Shown here one piece after another: positions 39,466-52,505 of a stretch of DNA of 64,000 nt; positions within the stretch are counted from its first letter, which is position 1; the number at the start of each line of letters is the position of its first letter. Source of the DNA: Camelus ferus (Eukaryota); contig NC_045696.1 in the NCBI RefSeq assembly GCF_009834535.1, positions 13,146,001-13,210,000 on the forward strand, read 5' to 3'. A program made the position numbers and the translations under genes. The notes beneath the pieces are model-generated. The model worked only from the letters and a program-made list of their open reading frames with translations. It was not told the DNA's origin and searched no databases.

Positions 39466-40874
39466 GTTGCCTCCTTCTGCTTCTAGAATTCCTTATATTG
39501 ATTTTATTCCACCCTTTTTTTCCTCCCCAGAAGCAACTGATAACATCAGTTCTCTGCATAAGTTAAATTTCAGGAGACATATTGGACTTCACTTTGAAAT
39601 GCCTAATAGTACTCCAGCTTTGAATGGTACTTATTGCTTATTGATCCACATAGATCCTAAGATGGAAGAAAAATATTGTGCTGAATAGTCTCTGCAGCTC
39701 CACATCTATTTTTCATTTGTTCTCTAGTCTAGGAAGTGACCTTTGGAGTCAGAATCGCTGGACTCTCTTGACTAGTGGGTCAAATAAGTGGGTCAACCTG
39801 AATTGAGAAGACCAAGGTCTAAAAAAGCGAAATTGTGGCTCCACTGGTTCCACTCCATCTGGACCTCAGGTTTACTATGAATGCATTTCTCTGCTAAAGG
39901 TCACAGCTCCCATTGGACGACCTTTTAAGGCAGACTACAGATTCTGGTAACTGGTCCTTTAGACATGGAGATGGTAACAGCTCCCCATTGTTGTTCCCCT
40001 TAGCTCTGCCCACTACTCCAGAAATAAGCTCTCATGAAAATGCCTTCATTGCCCCAGTGGACAGCGGCAGAAGGTTCCTATCTTGACTTTAGGTGAGAAA
40101 ACTTTATGATTTACCCAAAGCTAAACAGCGAGTAAATGAAAGAATAAAATCAATATTCAAGAACCACTTTGGGTCCTTGACAGGAAACTGGAGGGGTCTT
40201 CCTTAAAGAAGGAATTATGTTGGGAGGAATAAAAGCAAAAATTCCACCTGAGGACCAATAGCCCTTCTGTGGTGCACCAGCCAGCTTCTGAAGCATCTCC
40301 TATCCAGTTCCTCTGAAGGTGCTCAGAGAATCACCAATGTAAGCTGAGCCAATGATCTTGAACTTCTTTTACATAATCACCTATAATGCTGACACCAAAC
40401 CTTACCTGTAGGAAAACAGGGTTCTAATATTCTGATTAAATCGAGTCCTCCTTTCCCCTGTTCTCACTAAAACTCTCTGAAGTCCTAATTATACTCTCAG
40501 TCAAAGGAAGTACCTATTTATTTTGACTTAACAAAATTACCACCTTTTCATGATTCATAGCTAAATAAATAATTTTAAACTACAAAGGCAGTGTGATTTG
40601 GAATGAAAATTTTAGGGCACAACTCAAGAATGGCAAATCCATTGTCATAGGGCCACATTCTCAGCTCTGGAATGAATATGAGGTGGAAAATGTTACTGTG
40701 AATTCTACTGATGCTATGATTAAAGGTAATAAAGTGTCCTTTGAAAAATCTGAAGTGAAGAATAATCTTGTCGTAAAATGATAGTTTGAGAGAATATTCT
40801 TCCGATGAACACCAGCTCTTTCTCTGATTCAGATGTTCATTCCGTGCATATCACAAAGCCGCTCTGGTGTGGCC

Positions 40875-40941
40875 CCATGCACATTACAGAGGCCACACCA
40901 TGCACATTACAGAGGCCACACCATCCACATTACAGAGGCCA
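40875..40941. repeat. 23-bp tandem repeat, ~3 copies (CCATGCACATTACAGAGGCCACA)
   Basis: Units at 40875-40897, 40898-40920 and 40921-40941 (third has one substitution and is truncated). Confidence 0.95.
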
Positions 40942-41766
40942 TGTCCTCTGTAATCTTCTACTTCACCTGCTCAGATGTGTGGGGGTGGTCTCAGGTGGTC
41001 ACCTGCGGAAGTGTTTGGTGGGGGAGAGAAATGTCTGTCTGTCCTGCCCGCAGGCTCCCTATCCTCTAAGATGGGTCTGCTTGGAGCCTCCTTCCTGTGA
41101 TTGGTGATGGCCATGGGGAGAACATCTCTTCCTCGTAGGGAAAAGCTACCACTTTCCGAGGTGAACAATCTGAAAAGTCTCTCACCCTCTATCCTTTGCA
41201 GACCCTCTGCTTTCACAGGTTGGAGAGTAGGAAAGGGCAGGGAGAGCATGACTGCAGTGATGATAGTTAATAAGGCCTGAAAGGCATGCCTGGCTGCGTG
41301 CTTTTGGCGTTGCTTGGAAAGTGGACTTACTTGGTGCTTCTTTGTTCTCAGTCTTTAGCACTAGTTGCTAATTCGGGGGTAAAAGGAACAACCATATTTG
41401 ATAAAATTTAAATGGCTTTTAGTGCCTTATAGAGCTGGGTTTTTGGTAGATCTTACAGCCCATCTTTCTACTTTAGAGGAGCATGGTGTTAACATCCACC
41501 ATCTCAGACAGATTAGAACCCCCTAATCCTTTGATAATTGATACTAGCATTTCATCACTGCTATCAGGAGTGTCCAACTCAGTAACAACCTACCTCCTTT
41601 AGGTTATAGCATAAACTCTTCTTTCTTCATTCCTCTTTGTAGGAATAGACCCACCCATCTACACATACCAGTCTAGCATTCTTATAAATGTGAAGGTGGT
41701 TGCTTTTTAGTTAAACCCAAGAACGCTTCCTCCTTTCTCCCTTCCCCTTTTCCTCACTCCTTTTTT

Positions 41767-41833
41767 CTTCCTTCCTTCCTTCCTTCCTTCCTTCCTTCCT
41801 TCCTTCCTTCCTTCTTTAATTCCTTCCTTCCTT
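41767..41833. repeat. (TTCC)n microsatellite
   Basis: Read directly; one interruption near the 3' end. Confidence 0.95.
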
Positions 41834-42420
41834 CTAGTCCATTAGTCCTAAATTTTTGAGTCAATACCTTTTGTGGGTGTACAGTCACCTTTGCCAACAT
41901 GTTACATATTTTTAGGGTCTGGGTTATACCTGTGTCTTTTAAATGACAAATGACTTCTGAGATTGCTGAGACAAATGCAAACATTCCTACCCAGGAAGAA
42001 TCTCCTCAACGTGGACCCTTGCTTGAAGGATCTGATGTGCTTTGTGAGTTTCTGGGAACTTGCAATATTTTGCTCTATCTTTGGGGAGAAAAATAAGGTC
42101 TTGAAAACATGAAAGGGGAAGTAAGGAGGGAAATATAAATCTAAGCTGTTTTCAAGAAAGTTTATAATGGAGATGAGTAAAATTTTATATTTTGGGGTAA
42201 TTTAATGGCTTCATTGGATTCATCCATACATTTAATAGGTGTGACATCCTGCATTGTGTGAGCCAGTCCTTGGGAGTGGTGGTGGAGAAGCTGATGTAGG
42301 CATGAGACAAAATGCTACACAAGTTATCAACATGGACCAAATAATTTTAAGGTCAAAGTGCTTCAGTGCAGATAAAGGTCACCGGAGAGAGATGGGAAGA
42401 AATCAAGGGAAGTTTAACAC

Positions 42421-42623
42421 ACAGAGTCAGCACTTTGTATCTGTGGGTTTTGCATCCAGAAATTTCTATTGGCGGTTGGTAGAATGTGAAATCCATGGAT
42501 ACCAAGGGTCAACTGTGTTCATTGTACTGTGCCGTTTTATATAAGGGACTCCAGCATCTGGGGATTTTGGTATCTGAGGGGCCTCCTGAAATAGTCTCCC
42601 ACTGATACTAAGGAATTGCTGTA
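42421..42623. mobile_element. MER2-like TcMar-Tigger MITE
   Basis: gtatctgtgggttttgcatcc...ttttatataagggactccagcatctggggattttggtatctgagggg...ctgta. Confidence 0.75.
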
Positions 42624-44194
42624 ATCAGTGGCATTTGACCTGAATCTTTAAATCAAGTTCCGATATGGATAGATGAAATTGGTGAGAGAGAAGAGGAAAG
42701 AAAACGGTTCCACGCCAATAAGAAAGCATGAGCCAGACACAAGTTGTAGTTGTTGGCTGGTTTGGGTTCCATGAAAGTAACCTGGTGTGTGGCTTCTAAG
42801 AGCCTTATTTTCTGAAGGAAGTTAGAAGGAATTCATCCAGGAAATCTTTGATGAGATCATTAAACATTTCAGTGAAAGATACCCTTTGCAATTAATTTCA
42901 TTTGCAAAATGTACACTTATGAATCACTATATTTGTTGGGATGTTGTGAAAAGGTCAAAACTAATTATATATTTGTTATGATGAGCTTAAAATCCTAGCT
43001 GTCGTTTGTTATCTTGCTTCCCTTGAGACAATGTAGACTCAATTCCATTCCTACATTGGAGTTCTGAGTGTCATTTTTTTTTTTAAAGCTTTAATGAAAC
43101 TGTTTCTTTCATCACTATAATTTGGTTTACTTAATGCCACTAAATTACTTTTAAATCTTGGCATGGCTTTATTAGAAATGATCTCATTTAAATTTGCTGC
43201 TCTAGGTACAGAATTCATCATGAAGACAAGAAAAAGCAGCCTTCTTCAGAGATGTTCTGGAAGTAGCTTAATGACAGATCTACAAGAACTGAAGACATTA
43301 CTGATACATTTAAAATTCTCTTTGATGTTGGTTACTTGGAAATCTTTATCTCCTCTGTGTGTGTGTGTGTGTTCTCTGAAATTGTTATGTTTCTTGGTCT
43401 CTTACTGAATAATTTGCCAGGATACATTCCTTGTGGATAGATGGGAAAGCAAATCCTGGAAAATTCAATGGCATTCACAATTGTAGTCTTTAAAAAATCA
43501 TGTGTCTCAGTGAAATTTCACCTTTGAAATTCAACCTATTCAATTCTAATATTCTCGGAGGCGGGGACTATATCTTCTTCAAAATTTGTGACAGGTATCT
43601 ACATGGCATTTGCCCCAAAGGTTGTCATTCATTATTTAGGGAGTCTTTGTTTACTACTCACTATATGTAAAAGACTAAACAACTTCTATAGAGTGATGGA
43701 TATTTGAAAGAAATATTCTGATTCATCTAGAAGTTTACAATCAGCTGGGAGTTTACAGTTTAATGGTGTCTTATGAGATTGCTGGAAACATGATGAGTCT
43801 TGAGATGCTCACAGGAACTATCACATCATGCCATTCATATGCTTTAATTATGATTTGAATGACTTGCCTTATGAATAAGTGTTGAAAGAGTACTTTTAAA
43901 TTAATAATACACTGAATCCACAGATTTGGTGGAGAGTTCATTTTATTAAGTATAAGGGTTAGAAATGACATTTTACTATTTAAGGACAGTGGCAAAGTAT
44001 TGATATGCCTTAAGTATTGTTTCTAGGAAACAGAATGCATAGAGGAAACATAGCAAACATCGATACATAGAGGAAACTGTCTGTTCTAGTAAACGATGGT
44101 GGGAGACGACTAATTGCACTATGGATAGTTCTTTAAAAATTTAATCAAAGTTCGCATTAAAACAAAATGATAAGATTGTTATTATGCCATAGGT

Positions 44195-44650
44195 AAGATC
44201 TGGACTCTGAGAAACTGAAGTTAGAATCTTGATTCTTTAATCAACAGGCGGTCGGTCTGACTTTGGGGAGCTTCTTGACCTTTTTTTTTTTTGCAGTTTC
44301 CTTCTCTGTAATGGAAGAGTGCTAACCTTGTGAAGTTGCTAAGAGAATATGCTGAAATCACGTAAGCCTGGGACAGAGCCTGAGTTTGGCCAATAGCACT
44401 TAGTCTGTAAGAGTTAGGAAGGAGCCGTCGTGGTTGCGATGACAGAGCAGGTTTTGCTGCACCATTTGCCACCTTATGGTTGAGTGACCTTGGGCAAGCT
44501 TTTTAACCTCTCTGAATTTCCGTTTTTAACTCTGTAAGGAAATATTTCCTTCAGGGTTTCTATGACTATTACCTAAGCAAATGTTGTGTAGTACATACAA
44601 TGTACCTGAATTCAGCATAACCTTGTTACATGATAGCTGCCATTACAATT
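44195..44650 (+). mobile_element. Two adjacent MIR remnants
   Basis: cagtttccttctctgtaatgg...gcactta and gtgaccttgggcaagctttttaacctctctgaatttccgtttt. Confidence 0.7.
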
Positions 44651-47379
44651 ATTAACACCTGATGACATGACCTTGATATTTACTGAGAGCATAGCCCAGG
44701 TTAGGCTGAGACAAAGGGATCTGTCTATCTATCTTATCTCTCTCTAATCTATCTCTATATTTATGTACATCTGTATGTGTATAATTATTTTCATAATTCC
44801 AAATGAATTGTCAAAGTCAGTCTGACTCCTAGGTCACACTGGATTACTTTGATGGAGAGTAGGGGTTCCTTGCCTTCCATTGGCTCTTTTGGATGAGGCT
44901 CTTTTTTACATCAATAGAAGTTTGAACTTTATTAGTGAAATTGTGCAGCTGCCAAGAAAAGGAAGCTTGAGACCAATGAGCAAAATGTCCTATAACTTAT
45001 TGTTTAAGTTGAGATGCTCACATGAAGGACAGTGAGAGCTCAAGCTACAAGACTTCACGATTTCAGACTGAATGCAGAACCATTAGGGGCAAACTAGGAT
45101 GTCTGGGAATTCTATCAATGAAGAAAAATGCATAGGAAATGAGGGGGGAAAGGTAGGAAGGAGGATATGAATGTAAATAAACAAACAAAAAAACAGACAA
45201 TACATACCCACGAATCCATTTTGGAGTCTCAGTTAACCTACTAGCCTACATAAAAACAGATTAACTTCTCTAATTGGGTGTCTTGTGGGCAAAGCTTTAA
45301 AAAAGTCTCTCTGGTGCACATGTGACTTATTATGAGGATGCTCACCTGCAAAGCCAGCCTACCTGTTTCTGGATTTCCAAACATCGCTGCCTCGGGATGG
45401 TTTAATGTTCATTTCACTCCCAAGGCTTATGGGACTTTGAGTTACTACTTGTAAATGTGTGTATGCCTCCACTCTGGAGGATTTACTGCTCCTGTTTTGT
45501 CCTGCTTCCTTCCTCTACATGGTCATTTTTTAAAGAAATGTGACTGGAAAGAAGTTTCCCTTCCTATACAGGACTAGCCTTGAGTGAAGCTGAGAACTGA
45601 GAGTGCCTTTGGAGTCCCAGTCTCGCCTTTTCCACCTCTTCCCCACCCCGAAGGCCACTTCTCCAAGCACTCCCTTCCCTTAGGTGGAGTGTCTTCCTTG
45701 CCCTAGCCCTGTGCACTTTTCACAGGCCTTTGGACACACTTGATCAGTGAATACCTGTTCTTGCTCTAAGCCGTCGGATCCAACTAATAAATGACTTGCA
45801 TAAGTAGACTGTAACTTGAGCTGTTTTTTTACCCAATGCACTGGCCCCTCCAGTGATGGGGAGAGTCAGGTGGGGAGAAACTTACGGTTGTCAGAGGGGA
45901 AAGGTGGCTCTACCTTCTGGAACTGAGAGAGACTTTCTGTTTCTTTAAAAAGCACACTGCATAGATCGTTCTTAGGGATGTCTTTCCCAGAACAGACACT
46001 CTTAACTTTATTCCTCCTTTAAAACAACAATCATGGAAGCGTCTTCATTTAAAAGCCCATTTAGTCTTTTCAGGTCAGGCAAGGAGTTAAGTTAAAGCAG
46101 TAACTGCTGAGATAGAGGGAAAAAATGCTGGTCAAATATATTTTATCTTTACCTAGTTTTTCTCCCCCCCTACTTCTTCCTTATTTCTGTCTCTCTCCAG
46201 CATCTTCTAGGCCAAGAACGGAAAACTCTGAGCATCTACATGCATCAGAAACCCCGTGGGGTCCATGCAAATAGTGCCTTTTCTCTGCAAGAAAGGCCCA
46301 GATTTGAAACTTGAAAGGAAAATAAAGCTGAACCGTGAACACCGTCTTTCAATCAACACCGGCCTCTCTCTCTCTTCCTGAATATTTCACCTGAGCGATC
46401 TTTTCCTACTAACATCGAGAAATTGCTGAAGGAAGAAATGTTAGACCCAGTTTCTAATTAACTTTGCCATTGATTTCTACATAACCTTGTATGAGTCACT
46501 GTTCTTCAGTGAAAGGGATGAAAATCTCAAAGATTTATAGTTGTTCTCAGGGATTTTTTTTTTCTGGACTAGGTTCCAGATATTCTGCAGTTTCTTCATT
46601 TTCTCTCCTCTGAACTCATTAGCTTACTCTGTTTTTCACCACAACACACACAGACACACACACACAAACTTATGCCCACATGTACACATCAGATGAGCTT
46701 TCAGAATGAAGATATTAGGGGGAAAGAAGGTGCTTATGCACTACATTTAGTAGTTGACATAAAAATGCCCTGTTCTGCAATTTTATATTATGTGCCTTGA
46801 ATAAAAATTAGTTATCGAGAAGTGTAGAGGAAAGTGGTTCGTGGGCCTTAAAATATTTGTAAACCGACACACAATATATTTTACATATTAGAAGCTGATA
46901 AACTTCTTTTTCCACAAATTATTGTAACTGTATGTGAAAAGATACAGCACTGTAACATCTTCTGAAAATGAGAGAAAATATCGTAGTTATATAGAACATA
47001 TCAAGTAGAATTCCTTTGGTATAATTTCCAGTGAACTGAATAAACTGCTTATTCCTCCTGTAATATATTAGCGTTCTAGTTCATTCTCAGCTAGTTTAGT
47101 TCATCACATTTCTATTTGTAAGTTTTTAATATAAGCATCTTAATGCATTTTTTATGAACTACACAGTCTTCTATTTGTTGTTAATAAAATTCTGATTGAT
47201 CCTAAATCTGAGTGTTGATTACAATCACAGAATAGTATTTGTCCAATATCTGTTATTGCTATTTTAAAGGTCATTTTTTTTCCTTTTCATGTCTGCAACT
47301 ATTTTTGTACTTAAACTCTAAAGGGACTAGATTAAAAGTTTCTTCTGGTTGTAAAATAATCCTACAGAAACCAATGGGA

Positions 47380-48120
47380 TTTAATTATATGAAATATTGA
47401 TCCAATGCCTGCTCCTTTCTCACTGTTTTTTCCCAATACCTGGATTCCCCAGCTAATCTCCCTTCCTTCACATCCCCACCTCTGCCCCCAAATCCTGGTG
47501 TTTTCCTGAACCCCCTCTCCCCTTTCCTCAGGACCACTTTCTGAGTCTCTGACGGTGTAAATTGCCTCCAAGTTCCGCTGTCATATAGCAGTCTCTCTGC
47601 TGCTCCTCTGGCTACAATATCTTTCCTCTGGGTCACTGAAAGAGGGGACCTCTCTGTCTTCCTCCTCTTCATTTCTTTCCCTGAATTCTCTCTAGTCTCA
47701 GCCAGAGTGATTGTTACCCGTCTGCCTCATTGTATCCCCTTGTATTTTAGCCACCGAACTCCCTTTCTTCCATCGTTCTGGCCCCATTTCTCTCTTACTT
47801 CAGTTCCTTAGAACATGCCGCTTCCTCAGCTGGAATCCTTGCCTTCTCCATCCAAAGTCCCTCCCTGCACCAGATTAACTCATCATCCTTCAGATTTTAG
47901 CTGTACCTTCCTCTCCCAGCTTAAATACTCCGGCGAGCTCCCTCAGCTTCAGACTTCCACTGAAGAAGTGCTAATCCTGCTTTGGGTAATAGGATTTTAT
48001 TCTTTTTCATTTTACTATAAACTATGTGAGGGCAGGGACCATGTCTGTCCTCCCCACTGCCATATCCCCAGGACCTAGAATAATGCCCAGAATGTTGTGG
48101 ACACTCAGTTTTTGGAATGA
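47380..48120 (+). mobile_element. L2 remnant
   Basis: 3' end ataaactatgtgagggcagggaccatgtctgtc...tatccccaggacctagaataatgcc...ttttggaatgaat; 5' boundary uncertain. Confidence 0.65.
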
Positions 48121-50659
48121 ATTTTCCCTTTTTAATCTCCTTTTATATTCAGTGCTATTCCAAGTACTATTTAAAATATTTATTAAAAAAATAAAATATT
48201 TATAAAATCAGATTTTAAAATGCAAAGATGGTTGATTTCACTTTACTATAATAACTAGGTGTTTGGTATAAACAAAGTTTTGTTTTGGTTTTTAACTCAG
48301 CCAGAAATGACTCTGTCAGGCTGAACAGGATTTATCAAATTAGAAAATCTGACAGCTGATGAGACTTGGTGACCAAACATTGTGAATGGGAACAAGCAGT
48401 GGGGAAAAAACTGACAGTCAAACTTGTTCTGAAAAAAAAAAAAAAACTGTCATTTTATTATTTAGAAAGCACACACAACAATTTATTGGGTGAAAGAGAA
48501 AAGGTAAAATAATTGAGTGTACAAATTCATTTCAAAAGAACCTGTGCCACTTTCCAAGTAATCTCGGTCTCTGTGAGCCTTTTAAGCTTCTGTGTTTCTT
48601 ATATCTGTACACATAATCGGAGTTATGTGTGTAGATACATGGAAACATGTCACACACTTGTCAGAAATCTTTTCTCCAAACACCTGTAGTGAGCATGTTT
48701 TGTTTTCTTCCTGAAAGCTTCCTGCAGGTGTTTTCGTGGCTCACGCCACAGTCTCTTTTCTCTGAGTTCGTCTTTGATGACAAGTAAGGATACTTGTGAA
48801 GGAAGATTTCCCCTTAGTTCTTGACTTTTTCTTTAACTTTTTCTGATTTTTGAGTGAGATTCCCAGCTCTTCCATGATGGCATTGAAAGAGAGACACTAG
48901 AGAACATGAAATAATAGAGCATCAGTTTAATCACACTATCTCCATCCTCCGTCGATCCGTGTCTTGCCTAGGTTTTAATGAATATGAGGTATTGGTCTAA
49001 GGCAACTGTGCCACAACATAAATTCCCAGCCAGTCCCCACACCTCCTCCTCCACCCACTGGCCACCCACTTTTCTTACTTGGGGAAACTGATTCTCGGCA
49101 AGTTAGCTGAGCAAACTTTGGGGTTTCATTCACAAATGAAGTAGCATAAAACCACCCAGGTAGGCTCTCAAAATAGACAACTTACCTTTGTGGAGACACC
49201 AAAAGAGAGTTAAATTAAGTCATTTCCCCCACTGAGATGATCCAAACATTGATAGGTTTATCAAGGCATACGGACACTTCAGTAATGCTATAGAAAGTGA
49301 ACAAACCTTCTCTACACCAAGGCTTTGTTTTTTTCTCCCATGAAACCTTACTTTGTTCCTAAAATAAAATCTAATTCTTGATGACTTTCCTTTCTGATAA
49401 AAAAAAAGAAAAAAAAACAATTTTAAATTGTATATTTTCTCCAAAAAAAAAAAAAAACCAAAAAAAAAAAAAAAAACAAAAAAACAGAGATCTGACAGCA
49501 GCAATGATGCAGCTGTGGTTGAAATGAAAATAATATGGTACTGAACTGCACAGCAAAGACGATGGCATCATACAGAAAGAAAATGGAATTATGATTATAA
49601 AATGTTATGCATATGCAGATGGCATATATATGCGTATATATATATTACAATTATGCTGTATCTAGTCACATGCACAATATATAAATGGTGCAATAAGACA
49701 TAATTTGCTGTCATTTCTTCCAGCCAAGATAAGATCTTTGAGTGACAAATTTCTGCTTTTATAGAGATTTCTACAAAGTAGTGTTTTTGATCAGATTGCT
49801 CTTACAATATTCTCGAAAACCTCAAAAGCCTATGGTAAAGCTTATGAAAGTGCAAGCATTATTCCTTCACCATTAACTCACAAAATGCACATGGTTGAAA
49901 GTCAAATAACATTCCACCAGATGATTTCTCTAGGGTAAGTGCCTGATGGGAAGAAACTTATATCCCATGTGAACTATGTCTCTGTGGTCCTTGTGTTTCA
50001 ATGTGCAAATATGTTTTTTGTTTTTTGGGTTTTTTTGAAAATTTGCTCTCCATTTTGTTCCATGAAAGAGTTGATGTAGTTGAAATAAGCAGTATTTTTA
50101 ATGTTCTACTTGATTTGAAAATCAGACGTATAGATTTAGATCTTAGATGTAAATTACTGGCTTACCAGACATACACTTAAAAAAAAAACTAGCTGTTGGC
50201 CTATGACTTTTTGTCTCTTTTACACCTAAGTGTTTATAGGATTTGAATTTCATTTCCATTTTCCTATGGTCCTGAAAAATGAAAATTCAGGTCATGCATG
50301 TTACTTTTCTTTCAAACGGGAAGTTGTGGCTTCAGTGAATTGAAAGGCTGTCATGCCACACAAAGAAAAATTCAGGAATGTTTTCTATGAATTATACTGC
50401 ACCATTGTCATGGCAAGTATGTCACAAATGAAATATAATTGTTGTAACGTTATGTGATGCGATGTTTATGTATTGCTATTAAGATGGAATGAATATTTTA
50501 TAGTGTCATTATGGTAGATAATGTTGTATTGGGGTTTTGCAAACTTTGTTCAGAAATTTATTTGAATGGAAGAAAACTTTTTTTTTTTTGCATAGGACAT
50601 TTCTGGTTTCAGAAAGATCATTAAAATGAAAGGCAGGGAGAGAAAAAGAAGGCGTGCCA

Positions 50660-50840
50660 AGGATTTTACATACATTGTTACACATAAACTTCACAACAGC
50701 CTTATAAAGAAGGACTTGTTATGCCTATTACATAATGGGGAAATTTACTATTGGAGATATTAGATAATTTGCCCAAGAAACTTGGTTTGTAAGATAAAGA
50801 GTTTGCATTTCAACTCAGTGCATTTGACTCCTCAGACTTA
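50660..50840 (-). mobile_element. MIR SINE
   Basis: tcacaacagccttataaa...taatttgcccaag...atttcaactcag..tttgactcc. Confidence 0.65.
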
Positions 50841-51719
50841 ATTGCTTTCCTTTTTTGTTTTATTTGAACTCTGAAACGTTTGATTTCCAACATTTCACTT
50901 TATTTTGCACTGAAACAACCAAAATGCATCTCTAGTTGTGGCTTCATAGGGACACAACCAGAAGGGGACTTGAAATCCCTCCTTCCCTATTTTGGGTAAA
51001 CAGGCAGTTATAGGTCTTATCTTGACAATATGTTTCAATTAAGTTTTCCTTAAAGACACAGTCCTCCTCCAAATTTTATATTGACTTAAAATACAGCAAA
51101 CATCTTTACTTTTTTGGATTAACCTTGAGCATTTACATCTTGCTGCCAGTGTGAGAATGAACATAAATATAGTTTTATCAGTGGTTTGGTTTTTCTGTCT
51201 TTGGTCACAAACTGTGATTTCTTTTTGATTCTGATTTTGTCTCCAGCTGTCGAAAAGAAAATGGCAAGATATCGGGGCTGACCTTTCTGCTTCTGAGTTT
51301 TTGCTGTAGTCACAAAGGAAGATGACCTTTAAGGCCCCTGCTGGCCATGAACTTAAGGAAACCATATGCTCTTGTATCCACAGGAAATGAAACTGTGAAG
51401 GTTGTCTTTCAACACAGAGTGTCATAAGAGGGGCTCATATTCATTAATCAAGTTGCCTTTTATAATCTCAGGATTAAAGATATATATATAATATATAAAG
51501 ATTGAACTTCTGAACTAGGACCAAAATTATAGCATCTTTCCAAAGCTTTTACTACTGGACTTGGTTTTCATGAACCCCTTCGTGTGAACAGAAGAATTAT
51601 ATTTAAGTCATGAAGGTTTAAATTTCTTTTTTTTTTTTAAATTCAACAGTTTATCTCATGAGGTCAGCATTTAAGCTTACTAGCAAAGGCTGATGAAAAT
51701 AGTTCAGGAAAGCAAACTG

Positions 51720-52030
51720 TAGACTGATCTCATTCACAAGGACAAAAATTCCTAGTAAAAATATTGGCAAATTAAATCTAGTAGCATAGCAAAATTTTAA
51801 TCAATACTACCAAGTAGAAATTTTATTCAGCAATGTGAGTATGGTCTAAAACTAGAATATCTGTCAATATGAATAAAGGAGAAAATTATATGATTATATC
51901 AACCGATGCCAAAACATATCATTTAATAAAGACTCAAGATTCTCACAAAAATAAGAAAACACTATCACCATTATAATTTATCATTTACTGGAGATTATAC
52001 AGAATACAGTAAGATTAAAAGATTAAAGTG
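51720..52030 (+). mobile_element. Ancient L1 ORF2 (RT region) fragment
   Basis: aaaatattggcaaattaaatctagtagcat...aaaattatatgattatatcaaccgatgccaaaaca...atttaataaa is similar to the RT segment at ~32270-32460. Confidence 0.65.
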
Positions 52031-52299
52031 TTGGCAGAGTGTTTCTTTCTTTTATTTATTTTTTCCTAAATGCTTTCATCAGAAAGTATCAAACAGAATG
52101 TTGTTCACCCAGCTGCCTTGTTATAGAGGCAGGGAAACTAGAGGTAGGGAACACCAGCAGTGTCCTCCAGTGTTTTGCAGACTGGAGATTCCCCTGGTAG
52201 CAAGGATCCTAGGTCCTCCCATTTTTCTCCAGTGGATGGAATTCGTGTTTTTAATGAATCTACATATGTGATCATGAATTACAGTTGTGAGTTGACCCT

Positions 52300-52505
52300 T
52301 GGTATCAGAATGCTGGAATTTAAGTTTCAGTTATGCTGCTTAGTTAGCTGGGTTACACTGGACAAGGTGTTTATTTTTCCTTTGATTCAGTTTTCTTACC
52401 TGTAAAATGGAAACAATAGTAGAATTCTTTTCATAGAGCTTTAGGAAAATCATTAAGCTGACAGATGTAAAATACTTAGCACAATGTGGCACATGGTAAG
52501 TACTT
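52300..52505 (+). mobile_element. MIR SINE
   Basis: cagttttcttacctgtaaaatggaaacaatagtag...tgtaaaatacttagcacaatgtggcacatggtaagtact. Confidence 0.8.

Noticed and set aside
40875..40941. 23-bp repeats as a CRISPR-like array
   Set aside because: The units are contiguous with no unique spacers, the context is eukaryotic, and there are no cas genes.
52390..52410. Minus-strand CAG|GTAAG motif (cttacctgtaaaa)
   Set aside because: It lies in the MIR core (variant of ctcatctgtaaaatgg) and is explained by repeat decay.
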